32,000 bases of DNA from Staphylothermus hellenicus DSM 12710 (GTDB taxonomy: Archaea; Thermoproteota; Thermoprotei_A; Sulfolobales; Desulfurococcaceae): contig NC_014205.1 in NCBI RefSeq assembly GCF_000092465.1, positions 1,470,001 through 1,502,000 of the forward strand. The letters run 5' to 3'. Shown here one piece after another: positions 16,664-24,985 of the stretch. Position numbers and translations under genes: made by a program. The notes beneath the pieces were generated by a model. It searched no databases. It saw only the letters and a program-made list of their open reading frames with translations, and had not been told where the DNA came from. Numbering within the stretch: position 1 is the first letter of the stretch; each line of letters starts with the position of its first letter.

Positions 16664-17719
16664 TTGAAGCCTATAATAAAGTATCCTAGACAAGAATACT
16701 TAGCAAGATTTAGTGGTGAAACAATAGATATTGGCGAAGTAATTAATTCTAAAATCCCTGTCAAAGCCAGTATACAAGTAGATACGCTGACTCATCATAC
16801 ATTAGTGGTTGGTTCAACAGGCTCTGGAAAAACACATACAGTATCCATAATAGTTAACGAACTAGTCAGGAAGACCAGTAAGTATAAAGTATTAATTATT
16901 GATTGGCACGGAGAATATATGAAGTTAATCAATAGAGCAGAGTATTTAGAACCGAGAAGAATGCCTCTAAACATTATTGAACACAATAATATATATGAAT
17001 TCATAGAATTGCTTCAAGACTCACTAGGTCTTACTCCACCTCAGGTTTATATCCTAGAAAAAATATTTGAGAATAAAAAATATATGATCAACAATATCTA
17101 TGATCTTAGGAATGTTCTAGAAAACATTGAGGATCAAGGATCATGGTTTAGGGAGAGCAGACTATCTCTCCTCAGAAAAATTAGTCCATTGACAAGAGAT
17201 GGTCTTCGAGAAGTATTTGATGCATACAAAGACAAAATTATAGATTATATAAATATTTGTGAGAATCCAATAATAATTGATGCTTCCAGGATCCAAGACC
17301 CATATATTCGTAGGATATATGTTTCAATATTGTTAAAAAAGATATTCAAGGAAGCTGTTAAAAGAAAAGTTTGGTCTCGCAATAAATTACTGGTTGTCTT
17401 GGAAGAAGCACATAATGTTTTAGGCAGGAACAACTATATTGGAATAGTTGCTCGTATGTTGTCTGAGATAAGAAAGTTTGGTGTAGGCTTAGTTATTGTT
17501 TCGCAATCGCCTTCACAATTAGTTGATGAAGCAATGTTGAATACTAATACTAAAATTATTCACTCTATTAAATCACTGAATGACTTAGAAGTGATATCGA
17601 AATCTCTATATTTACCATTGAATATTGAGAAAATAATACCATACCTAGATGTTGGAGAAGCGGTTCTATATACGAGAGGACTTAAAAAACCAGTTATAAT
17701 AAAGGTTAAAGAGATTTAA
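16664..17719 (+). CDS. HerA/FtsK-superfamily P-loop ATPase (DUF87-like), short form
   Basis: Walker A VVGSTGSGKTHT, Walker B LLVVLEEAHNVL, and FGVGLVIVSQSPSQL typical of HerA-clade ATPases. Only about 45 residues precede the P-loop. TTG start. Confidence 0.75.
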   Translation: MKPIIKYPRQEYLARFSGETIDIGEVINSKIPVKASIQVDTLTHHTLVVGSTGSGKTHTVSIIVNELVRKTSKYKVLIIDWHGEYMKLINRAEYLEPRRMPLNIIEHNNIYEFIELLQDSLGLTPPQVYILEKIFENKKYMINNIYDLRNVLENIEDQGSWFRESRLSLLRKISPLTRDGLREVFDAYKDKIIDYINICENPIIIDASRIQDPYIRRIYVSILLKKIFKEAVKRKVWSRNKLLVVLEEAHNVLGRNNYIGIVARMLSEIRKFGVGLVIVSQSPSQLVDEAMLNTNTKIIHSIKSLNDLEVISKSLYLPLNIEKIIPYLDVGEAVLYTRGLKKPVIIKVKEI

Positions 17720-17736
17720 TATGGTCTCTAAAAAGA

Positions 17737-19377
17737 TTACTCTTCTTCTCCTCCCCTCTTACCCGTCTCCTCTGGTTTCTCGATCTTGCTGGCAGATATT
17801 ACATCGTCTATTCTTAGTATCATTGTTGCCGCTTCAACACCTGATTTTATAGCATTAGCTTTTATACTCACAGGCTCAATGACGCCTAGCTCCATCATGT
17901 TTGCAAGGTCTCCAGTAAACACGTTAACACCTATCCATTTACCTTCTTCCTTCTCATGTTCAGCTCTCAGCTTCATAATGATCTCGATTGGATCTAATCC
18001 TGCATTCTCAGCTAGAGCCATTGCTAATCCTTCTAGTGATTTTGCGAAAGCTTCTATAGCTAATTGTTCTTTGCCGCCAACAGTTTTAGCGTATTTTCTT
18101 AAGTGTTTAGCTAGTTCTACTTCTACCGCTCCACCTCCTGCAACGATTTTTCCATCTTTTACAGCATCTGCTGTTGCTGCTAATGCATCTCTTAGACTCC
18201 TCTCAGCTTCATCTACTAGCCTCTCTAATCCTCCACGTATAACGATGCTTACAGCCTTGGGGTTCTTGCATCCTTCTACAAAGACCATTTTGTCTTCTCC
18301 GACTTTTCTCTCCTCAACGCGCTCGGCTTCTCCTAGATCCTCGGGTTTTAGATCGTCGATGTTGCTTATGATTCTTCCTCCTGTTGCTTTTTCTAGTTTT
18401 TCCATGTCTGATCTTTTTACTCTTCTTACTGCTAGTATTCCTTTCTTTGCTAGGAAGTGCTGTGCTACTTCATCAATACCCTTCTGACAAATAACAACAT
18501 TAGCACCAGTACCAGCAATCTTATCAACCATTTTCTTCAGGATTTCTTCTTCCTGGTTAAGAAATGCTCTAAGCTGGCTGGGATCTGTTATTCTTATTTC
18601 TGCGTCAATCTCGGGCTTCTCTATTTCTAATGGTGCATCTATTAATGCGATCTTTGCGTTTTCAACTCTTCTAGGCATGCCGGGATGAACAACTTCCTTG
18701 TCAAGAACAATGCCGTAAACTAGGAGTGAGTCTAGCAGGCTTCCACCATATTTCTTGATGATTTGCACATTGTCTAGGTCTATATAGTATTTATCGCCTC
18801 TCTTTTCAGCTATTAGTTTAACTGCTTTTACAGATATTTCTGCAAAGTGTTCTCTTGCCTCATGTACTGCTTTGCTTGTTAATGCTGTTCTAGCTACTTT
18901 CTTGAGGGTTTCATCGTCATTAATGTCTATGGGTTCAGCGATTTGGTATAGGAAGCTGAGTGCTTCTTCCAATGCTTTCCTGTATCCACTAACTATAATT
19001 GTTGGGTGAATATTCTTATCTAGTAGTTCCTCAGCATGCCTTAATAGTTCTCCAGCAAATATTACAGCAGTCTTTGTGCCGTCTCCTACTTCATAGTCTT
19101 GGCTCTTAGCTATTTGAACAAGCATCTTAGCTGCTGAATGCTGTATTTCTGCTTTGTCCAGTATAGTTGCTCCATCATTTGTAATTGTTACGTCTCCTAA
19201 TGCATCAACAAGCATTTTATCCATGCCTTTAGGCCCATAGGTTGTCTTAATCATTTCAGCAACTGCTCGAGCAGCCATTATGTTTGCTCTTAAAGCATCA
19301 CGTCCAGCTGTTCTCTGTGTTCCCTCCTTAAGTATAAGTACGGGTATACCCATAGGCTCAACTGCCATAGCCATCAC
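17737..19377 (-). CDS. ths: Thermosome subunit (group II chaperonin)
   Basis: [56 protein letters not shown] and VAGGGAVE. The true start may be one of the in-frame ATGs at 19374 or 19368, just after AGGTGAT. Confidence 0.9.
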   Translation of the reverse strand: MMAMAVEPMGIPVLILKEGTQRTAGRDALRANIMAARAVAEMIKTTYGPKGMDKMLVDALGDVTITNDGATILDKAEIQHSAAKMLVQIAKSQDYEVGDGTKTAVIFAGELLRHAEELLDKNIHPTIIVSGYRKALEEALSFLYQIAEPIDINDDETLKKVARTALTSKAVHEAREHFAEISVKAVKLIAEKRGDKYYIDLDNVQIIKKYGGSLLDSLLVYGIVLDKEVVHPGMPRRVENAKIALIDAPLEIEKPEIDAEIRITDPSQLRAFLNQEEEILKKMVDKIAGTGANVVICQKGIDEVAQHFLAKKGILAVRRVKRSDMEKLEKATGGRIISNIDDLKPEDLGEAERVEERKVGEDKMVFVEGCKNPKAVSIVIRGGLERLVDEAERSLRDALAATADAVKDGKIVAGGGAVEVELAKHLRKYAKTVGGKEQLAIEAFAKSLEGLAMALAENAGLDPIEIIMKLRAEHEKEEGKWIGVNVFTGDLANMMELGVIEPVSIKANAIKSGVEAATMILRIDDVISASKIEKPEETGKRGGEEE

Positions 19378-19385
19378 CTTATACT

Positions 19386-19402
19386 TAGAACCTAGTGTTC
19401 TA
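19386..19402. promoter_or_regulatory. Palindrome between the TATA box and SD of the thermosome gene (candidate operator)
   Basis: TAGAAC-n5-GTTCTA (19386-19391 / 19397-19402). The minus strand reads TATA-like AATTATATAG (19414-19405), the palindrome, then AGGTGAT and the start codon. Confidence 0.3.
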
Positions 19403-19552
19403 TGCTATATAATTTGTCATTGTTTACTCATAAAACCACTTCTATATAAATTTATCCGTGATCAGCTAATAGATAAGTTAAAAACCCCACATATATTATT
19501 AATAGGTTTGAAATACAGTTGCTATGGAATATATAGTAATGAGGTGTAATAG

Positions 19553-19759
19553 ATGGGTAAAGTAAGAACTAAAATTGTTAAGAGAACTGCTAGAGAACTA
19601 TTAGAAAAATACCCGAACCTATTTACAAGAGATTTCGAACACAATAAAAAAGTAGTATCAAAACTAGTAGAAACTAGATCCAAAAAACTTAGAAACCAGA
19701 TCGCAGGCTATATAACACATTTAGTGGGTATAAAGTTGAAGAGACAGATGAAAGCCTAG
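19553..19759 (+). CDS. rps17e: 30S ribosomal protein S17e (eS17)
   Basis: MGKVRTKIVKRTARELLEKYPNLFTRDFEHNKKVV is the characteristic eS17 N-terminus. GAGGTG precedes the ATG. Confidence 0.9.
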   Translation: MGKVRTKIVKRTARELLEKYPNLFTRDFEHNKKVVSKLVETRSKKLRNQIAGYITHLVGIKLKRQMKA

Positions 19760-19824
19760 CAGGATAAGAAGTAGTGAATGAAACAAGAAGTATTTTCTTA
19801 AAAAATAATGTATGGGAACAGTAA

Positions 19825-20316
19825 GTGAACAATAAAATATTTAGTTTGGAAACTATTGAAAAAGGATTCTACATGATTAATTACCTTGGAAAAACTATTT
19901 ACTTCCACATATTCTCATGTAAGAAGAGTAGAGAAAACATAGATGAAGAAATAGATCGTCTAAAACTAGATAATAAAACCGTTTATGCACTAATACCAGT
20001 TAACACTATACAATCAATTAACCAGCTCATACAAGGAGTACTACATTACTACATATATGAGAAAACATATACACGAATCCGGAATAAGGGTTTATTATTG
20101 TCAATGTTTATACTAGGCCAAAAACAATTGAGAGATACAATTAATAAAATCAATAATGGGTTCTCTTCTTCTAAAAATTATTACTTAATTATAATTGGTG
20201 ATCAAAAAACAAGTATCCGAGACAAATGTGTTCCAACGGATCTAGTTTTTGATCTTAGAGACGATGACTTTAAGGTGTTAGCAAAAAACATTCAGTCAGT
20301 CTTAGAGACTCTGTAG
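19825..20316 (+). CDS. cgi121: Probable KEOPS subunit Cgi121
   Basis: The core ALIPVNTIQSINQLIQGVLHYY...GLLLSMFILGQKQLRDTINKIN resembles the Cgi121 pattern (Q-lvnad-v...EiL-raSGqrQI-eAIk-iG). GTG start. Confidence 0.45.
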   Translation: MNNKIFSLETIEKGFYMINYLGKTIYFHIFSCKKSRENIDEEIDRLKLDNKTVYALIPVNTIQSINQLIQGVLHYYIYEKTYTRIRNKGLLLSMFILGQKQLRDTINKINNGFSSSKNYYLIIIGDQKTSIRDKCVPTDLVFDLRDDDFKVLAKNIQSVLETL

Positions 20317-20418
20317 TTTTACCATTCTTCTTCTTCTTCCCACCACTCCTCTTCTTCTTCTTCCCATTCTTCTTCCTCTTCTTCTTCCCACCACTCTTCC
20401 TCGAACCAGATCATCCAT
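20302..20418 (-). CDS. Candidate micro-ORF(s) inside the repeat tract: an Arg-rich 38-aa frame and a Glu/Trp-rich 31-aa frame
   Basis: Frame A, ATG 20418 to TAA 20304-20302: MDDLVRGRVVGRRRGRRMGRRRRGVVGRRRRMVKLQSL. Frame B, ATG 20414 to TAA 20321-20319: MIWFEEEWWEEEEEEEWEEEEEEWWEEEEEW. AGGTGA (20426-20421) lies 2 nt before the first ATG and 6 nt before the second. No other support. Confidence 0.2.
   Translation of the reverse strand: MDDLVRGRVVGRRRGRRMGRRRRGVVGRRRRMVKLQSL
20322..20402. repeat. Imperfect triplet repeat tract, (TTC)n punctuated by CCA/CCACCA on the plus strand (GAA/TGG on the minus strand)
   Basis: Direct reading gives four TTC-type runs (5, 6, 7 and 3 codons, some written CTC) separated by CCACCA, CCA and CCACCA, with a flanking CCA at 20322-20324 at one end. 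Confidence 0.8.
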
Positions 20419-20586
20419 GTTCACCTGCTACCAGTTTTATAGCTATTATATTTCTTGGTTTTATACGGATATTTAAGTAATTAGTGGGATCATGGTTAGG
20501 ATAAATTTATTACTCTCAATACATTAGTATTTTTCTCTAGCAAAATAGTGTGTAGAAGCATATTTGACTCTAAACTGGTGAACATA

Positions 20587-20874
20587 ATGGTTAAATTCTG
20601 TCCAAGATGCGGCGGACCAATGTTACCAGTAAAAAAGAAGGATGGTATATATTTAAAATGCACTAGGTGCGGCTACGAGATTAAAGCTGATAAAAAGACA
20701 GCAGAACTTTATAGAATGAGGTTCCAGGTTGATAGAGGTAAACGGGTATTAACATCTAAGGCTACAGAAGCTAAAAAACTCTCTTTATCACCTGAGGAAA
20801 GAGAGATTCTCAGAGAATACTACGAAGTGTTCTTGGAGACTTTTCAGGAGGAAGAAGGTGGAGGAGAAGAATAG
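20587..20874 (+). CDS. Zn-ribbon protein related to the N-terminal ribbon of RpoM/TFS, with an acidic C-terminus
   Basis: FCPRCGGPMLPVKKKDGIYLKCTRCGYE fits the RNA_POL_M_15KD-type pattern F-C-x2-C...C-x2-C. There is no second (catalytic) ribbon. The tail is FQEEEGGGEE. Start taken at ATG 20587, 5 nt after GGTGA; the ORF-track start at 20548 is probably too long. Confidence 0.6.
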   Translation: MVKFCPRCGGPMLPVKKKDGIYLKCTRCGYEIKADKKTAELYRMRFQVDRGKRVLTSKATEAKKLSLSPEEREILREYYEVFLETFQEEEGGGEE

Positions 20875-20876
20875 GA

Positions 20877-20943
20877 TCAGAACCTCACCGATTACTCTTC
20901 ATTGAAAATAGATTATTTTCTCCGAGCCGTCACCATTCATCAT
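20877..20943 (-). ncRNA. Weak candidate C/D box sRNA
   Basis: The minus strand reads AUGAUGA (C, 20943-20937), 12 nt, CGGA (D'-like), 18 nt, AUGAAGA (C'-like, 20902-20896), 15 nt, CUGA (D, 20880-20877). It is intergenic, and a TATA-like AAATATAT lies roughly 30 nt upstream. The spacings are longer than typical. Confidence 0.2.
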
Positions 20944-21040
20944 CTGCATAATCTATGTATGTTTGTGAACTAATATATTTATGTAAAGTTATAAGCAACG
21001 AGTACTCGTTAAAACAATTATGCATCGGTGAGCTGTGAAA

Positions 21041-22846
21041 ATGGTTAGAGTAGCAGTTGTTGATCGCGAATACTGTAAGCCGAATAAATGTAACTTGGAA
21101 TGCATAAGGTTTTGCCCAGTAAATAAGACCAAGCATAAAAAAGCAATAGAGCTATCCCCTGATGGTAAACATGCAGTCATATATGAGGATATATGTATTG
21201 GATGTGGAATATGTGTCAAGAAATGCCCCTTTAACGCTATCTCAATAGTTAACTTACCAGATGAACTCGAGAAAAACGTTGTTCACCGTTATGGAGAAAA
21301 CATGTTTAAACTATATAATCTCCCAATACCTAGGCTAGGAAATATAATGGGTATTATAGGGCGAAACGGTAGTGGTAAAACAACAAGTATAAAGATATTG
21401 TCTGGTCTTCTCAAACCAAACCTGGGCCAGGTTGGTGCTGATCTAGAATGGGATGATATTATTAGGAGATTCAGGGGAACAGAGCTTCAAACATATTTTG
21501 CCAAGTTAGCAAATAATGAGATAAAACCTATTGTCAAGATCCAATATGTTGAATTAGTTAAGAGAAGATTAAAGGGGAGAGTGGGAGAGCTTCTAAAGAA
21601 AGCTGATGAGAGAGGTATTGTTAGAGAAGTAGTAGATAAGCTTGCCATAAAACATATTCTTGATAGAAAAACATCTGAGCTTAGCGGGGGAGAACTACAA
21701 AAGTTCCTGGTAGCAGCAGTCTTGGTTAAAGATGCAGATGCATATTTCTTCGATGAACCATGCAGTTATCTTGATGTTAAGGAGAGATTAAGGGTGGCTC
21801 AAGCAATACGAGAGTTTATAGATGTTTCTAAGAAATACATCATGGTTGTCGAGCATGATCTCATGATACTGGATTACATAAGTGATCAGGTATCGATAAT
21901 ATATGGTGAGCCAGGTGTTTATGGAATAGTTTCTAAACCTTACGGTGTAAGAACAGGCATAAATCATTACTTAGAAGGTTATCTTCCAGCAGAAAATATG
22001 AGAATAAGAAGGGAACCAATTCATTTCCGTATACAAGTAGATACTAGGGTCAAGCCTGAAACCGAATATCCTATATTGAAATGGACCAATATTGTTAAAA
22101 CATATAGAACAAGCGGGTTCAAACTATTTATAGAAGCTGGTGAAGCATATCCAGGAGAAGTATTGGGTATAATAGGACCTAATGGGATAGGCAAGACTAC
22201 ATTTATCAAATTATTAGGCGGGATACTCGAACCTGATGAAGGAGAAGTTTTAGTATCTGTTGAAACTATTAGTTTTAAACCCCAAGAATTATCGCCGAAG
22301 ATTTTTCCAGAAGAAACTGTAGCTGCTAATCTTAGGAGAGCTTCGCCTAGCACATTAAATCCTGCATCATGGATCTACGCTGAGCTCATAAGAAAACTTG
22401 GCTTAAACAAAATGCTTGACCGCTACGTAGCTGATCTAAGCGGTGGCGAGCTCCAAAAACTAGCAGTTGCAGTTGCGTTGGCTAAACAAGCAGATCTATA
22501 CTTGCTAGATGAGCCATCTGCTTATCTAGACGTGGAGGAGAGACTCAGTGTTGCAAAAGTTATAAGAAGAATAATAGAGGAGAAAAGGAAAACAGCAATG
22601 ATTGTCGAACATGACTTAATGCTTCAAAACTTTGTTAGTGATGAAGTTATAGTATTCTCTGGAAAACCCGGCGTTGAAGGATATGCTTCTAAGCCTATGA
22701 GTAATCGTGAAGGCTTCAATAAATTATTAAGAGAGCTTGGAATAACTGTTAGAAGGGATCCGCAGAGTGGTAGGCCTAGGGTTAACAAGCCCGGATCATA
22801 TCTTGATAGGCAACAAAAATCCATTGGCCAATACTATATGCCCTAG
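21041..22846 (+). CDS. abce1: ABCE1 / RNase L inhibitor homologue (ribosome recycling ATPase)
   Basis: N-terminal 4Fe-4S domain (CKPNKCNLECIRFCPV; CIGCGICVKKCPFNAI). Two ABC cassettes (GRNGSGKTT / LSGGELQK / FFDEP and GPNGIGKTT / LSGGELQK / YLLDEP). Start taken at ATG 21041. Confidence 0.9.
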   Translation: MVRVAVVDREYCKPNKCNLECIRFCPVNKTKHKKAIELSPDGKHAVIYEDICIGCGICVKKCPFNAISIVNLPDELEKNVVHRYGENMFKLYNLPIPRLGNIMGIIGRNGSGKTTSIKILSGLLKPNLGQVGADLEWDDIIRRFRGTELQTYFAKLANNEIKPIVKIQYVELVKRRLKGRVGELLKKADERGIVREVVDKLAIKHILDRKTSELSGGELQKFLVAAVLVKDADAYFFDEPCSYLDVKERLRVAQAIREFIDVSKKYIMVVEHDLMILDYISDQVSIIYGEPGVYGIVSKPYGVRTGINHYLEGYLPAENMRIRREPIHFRIQVDTRVKPETEYPILKWTNIVKTYRTSGFKLFIEAGEAYPGEVLGIIGPNGIGKTTFIKLLGGILEPDEGEVLVSVETISFKPQELSPKIFPEETVAANLRRASPSTLNPASWIYAELIRKLGLNKMLDRYVADLSGGELQKLAVAVALAKQADLYLLDEPSAYLDVEERLSVAKVIRRIIEEKRKTAMIVEHDLMLQNFVSDEVIVFSGKPGVEGYASKPMSNREGFNKLLRELGITVRRDPQSGRPRVNKPGSYLDRQQKSIGQYYMP

Positions 22847-23009
22847 CGCTTTCTCGATTGATTAAAAAATCTTTGTTGAATGTTGATTTTAAGTCTCCGA
22901 TATTTTAAAATAATTATTTAAATTTTCATGGAGAAATTTATGATGACAACCCTTAAGACCCCTCTTAGACAATATAAATAATAAAAGCATAGTTCCAAGG
23001 GTGGATTCT

Positions 23010-24182
23010 ATGTCAGAAGGTGAAAAGATAACTTTATCAGTTATCAAGGCAGACGTTGGATCAATCTCTGGACATGTAATGCCCCATCCCGATCAATTAG
23101 CAGCAGCCACTAAGGTATTAGCTGAAGCTAAGCAGAAGGGATTATTAATAGACTTCCATGTAACACACGTTGGTGACGACATACAGCTGATAATGACTCA
23201 TAGAAAAGGAGTTGATGCTCCGGAAATACATGAGCTAGCATGGAACGCTTTTAAAGCTGCAGCGAAGGTTGCTAGAGAGCTGAAACTATATGCTGCTGGT
23301 CAAGACTTGTTAAGTGATGCATTCTCAGGAAATGTCAGAGGCCTTGGTCCGGGTGTTGCAGAAATTGAGATGGTTGAGAGAAAAGCAGAACCAGTGATTA
23401 CATTCCACGCGGATAAGACTGAGCCTGGAGCATTTAATTTACCTATCTTCAGAATATTCGCTGATCCCTTCAATACTGCTGGTTTAGTAATTGATCCAAG
23501 AATGCATGATGGCTTCATATTCGAGGTCTACGATGTATTTGAGGGCAAATCTGTTAAGCTAAGTGCTCCTGAGGAAATGTATGATATACTAGCTCTAATA
23601 GGAACACCTGGCAGGTATGTGGTTAGAAGAGTTTATAGAAAAAGCGACAACTTACAAGCAGCTGTCGTAAGTGTTGAAAGGCTCAACTTGATTGCAGGAA
23701 AATATGTTGGTAAAGACGATCCTGTAGCTATAGTTAGAGCACAGCATGGATTACCAGCTGCAGGAGAGGTGCTTGAAGCATTCTCATTCCCACATCTAGT
23801 AGCTGGATGGATGCGTGGAAGCCACCATGGACCATTAATACCTGTCCCACAGAGATACGCTAAAGTTACAAGATTCGATGGACCACCACGTGTGATGGCG
23901 CTTGGCTGGAACATTGCTAAAGGAAAACTCATTGGCCCAGTAGACTTATTCGACGACGTAGCATTCGATGAGACAAGAAGACTAGCTGTACAAATAGCAG
24001 AATACATGAGGCGCCACGGACCATTCATGCCACACCGTCTAGGACCAGAAGAAATGGAATATACAACATTACCCGCTGTATTAGAGAAGCTTAAAGATAG
24101 ATTTGTGAAGACAGAGGAAGTCCATGTAATTAGAAGGCATAGTGAATTATTATCTGGAACTAGCGAAGAAGAACAAAAATAA
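23010..24182 (+). CDS. fbp: Bifunctional fructose-1,6-bisphosphate aldolase/phosphatase (class V FBPase)
   Basis: ITLSVIKADVGSISGH, GDDIQLIMTH, GQDLLSDAFSGNVRGLGPGVAE, ADKTEPGAFN, GWMRGSHHGP and RHGPFMPHRL are near-identical to the Sulfolobus enzyme as I recall it. ATG 23010 lies 6 nt after AGGGTGG. Confidence 0.9.
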   Translation: MSEGEKITLSVIKADVGSISGHVMPHPDQLAAATKVLAEAKQKGLLIDFHVTHVGDDIQLIMTHRKGVDAPEIHELAWNAFKAAAKVARELKLYAAGQDLLSDAFSGNVRGLGPGVAEIEMVERKAEPVITFHADKTEPGAFNLPIFRIFADPFNTAGLVIDPRMHDGFIFEVYDVFEGKSVKLSAPEEMYDILALIGTPGRYVVRRVYRKSDNLQAAVVSVERLNLIAGKYVGKDDPVAIVRAQHGLPAAGEVLEAFSFPHLVAGWMRGSHHGPLIPVPQRYAKVTRFDGPPRVMALGWNIAKGKLIGPVDLFDDVAFDETRRLAVQIAEYMRRHGPFMPHRLGPEEMEYTTLPAVLEKLKDRFVKTEEVHVIRRHSELLSGTSEEEQK

Positions 24183-24240
24183 AATAACTAACTAACTTTT
24201 TTCTAGTTCAATTTCACTATAAACACATAGGTGAAAATAA

Positions 24241-24942
24241 TTGAGTTTAAAACCTATTGTTGCAGTAAATTATAAAGCATATTATCCCTACAGCTTCGGA
24301 GAACATGCTGTACAAATAGCTAGAGACGCTGTTAAAGTATGGAAGGAAACAGGTGTAGATATTATTCTGGCACCACCATATACGGAGCTTTACCGTGTAT
24401 TAAAAGAAGTAGAGGGTACAGACATTAAAGTATTCGCTCAACACGCTGACCCTGTAGAACCAGGTGCTAAGACAGGATACATTCCATTAGAAGCTTTAAA
24501 AGAGCTAGGTGTTCACGGAGTAATTCTTAACCATAGCGAGCATAGATTGAAACTAGCTGATATAAACTGGTTGGTCAAGAAAGCTAAGAAGCTTGGATTA
24601 CAAACACTTGTATGTGCAGATGTTCCAGAAACAGGTGCAGCAGTCGCTGTTCTAGAACCAGATATGGTTGCTGTTGAGCCTCCAGAGCTTATAGGAACAG
24701 GTATACCTGTTAGCAAAGCTAAACCCGAAGTTATAACACGAAGTGTTGAGCTGATAAGGAAGGTAAATAAAGACGTAATAATACTTACAGGCGCAGGTAT
24801 TAGTAGAGGAGAAGATGTATATGCCGCTGTAAAACTTGGAACACTAGGAGTACTAGTAGCATCAGCAATAGTTAAATCCGATAATCCGTACCAGGTAATA
24901 AAAGATATGGCGCTAAATGGGTTAAAAGCATTAGAAAAATAA
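24241..24942 (+). CDS. tpiA: Triosephosphate isomerase (archaeal short type)
   Basis: VNYKAY, LNHSEHR, EPPELIGTG and TGAGIS motifs. TTG start 6 nt after AGGTGA. Confidence 0.9.
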   Translation: MSLKPIVAVNYKAYYPYSFGEHAVQIARDAVKVWKETGVDIILAPPYTELYRVLKEVEGTDIKVFAQHADPVEPGAKTGYIPLEALKELGVHGVILNHSEHRLKLADINWLVKKAKKLGLQTLVCADVPETGAAVAVLEPDMVAVEPPELIGTGIPVSKAKPEVITRSVELIRKVNKDVIILTGAGISRGEDVYAAVKLGTLGVLVASAIVKSDNPYQVIKDMALNGLKALEK

Positions 24943-24985
24943 TTTTTTAATAAACCCTAAACTGCTTTTCTAAATATATAGAGTA

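Noticed and set aside
17786-18487. 233-aa plus-strand ORF inside the thermosome gene
   Set aside because: It is antisense to a very well-supported chaperonin gene. The translation is low-complexity and Ser/Ala/Thr/Leu/Pro-rich, as expected from reading a codon-biased gene backwards. It has no start context and no motif.
20317-20439. In-frame Ser/His-rich extension of Cgi121 past its TAG stop (FYHSSSSSHHSSSSSSHSSSSSSSHHSSSNQIIHVHLLPVL)
   Set aside because: It would need TAG read-through, and nothing in the window supports recoding. The open frame is a trivial consequence of the TTC/CCA repeat composition.
20930-21219. Two overlapping minus-strand ORFs (68 and 76 aa) at the ABCE1 5' end
   Set aside because: They overlap the Fe-S domain coding region of ABCE1 and each other. 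No SD and no motifs, so they are most likely spurious.
22938-22990. Perfect C-box-like ATGATGA upstream of fbp, and a 17-codon ORF (MEKFMMTTLKTPLRQYK)
   Set aside because: No CTGA D box lies within 80 nt downstream, and there is no SD for the mini-ORF. It is most likely part of the fbp promoter/leader.
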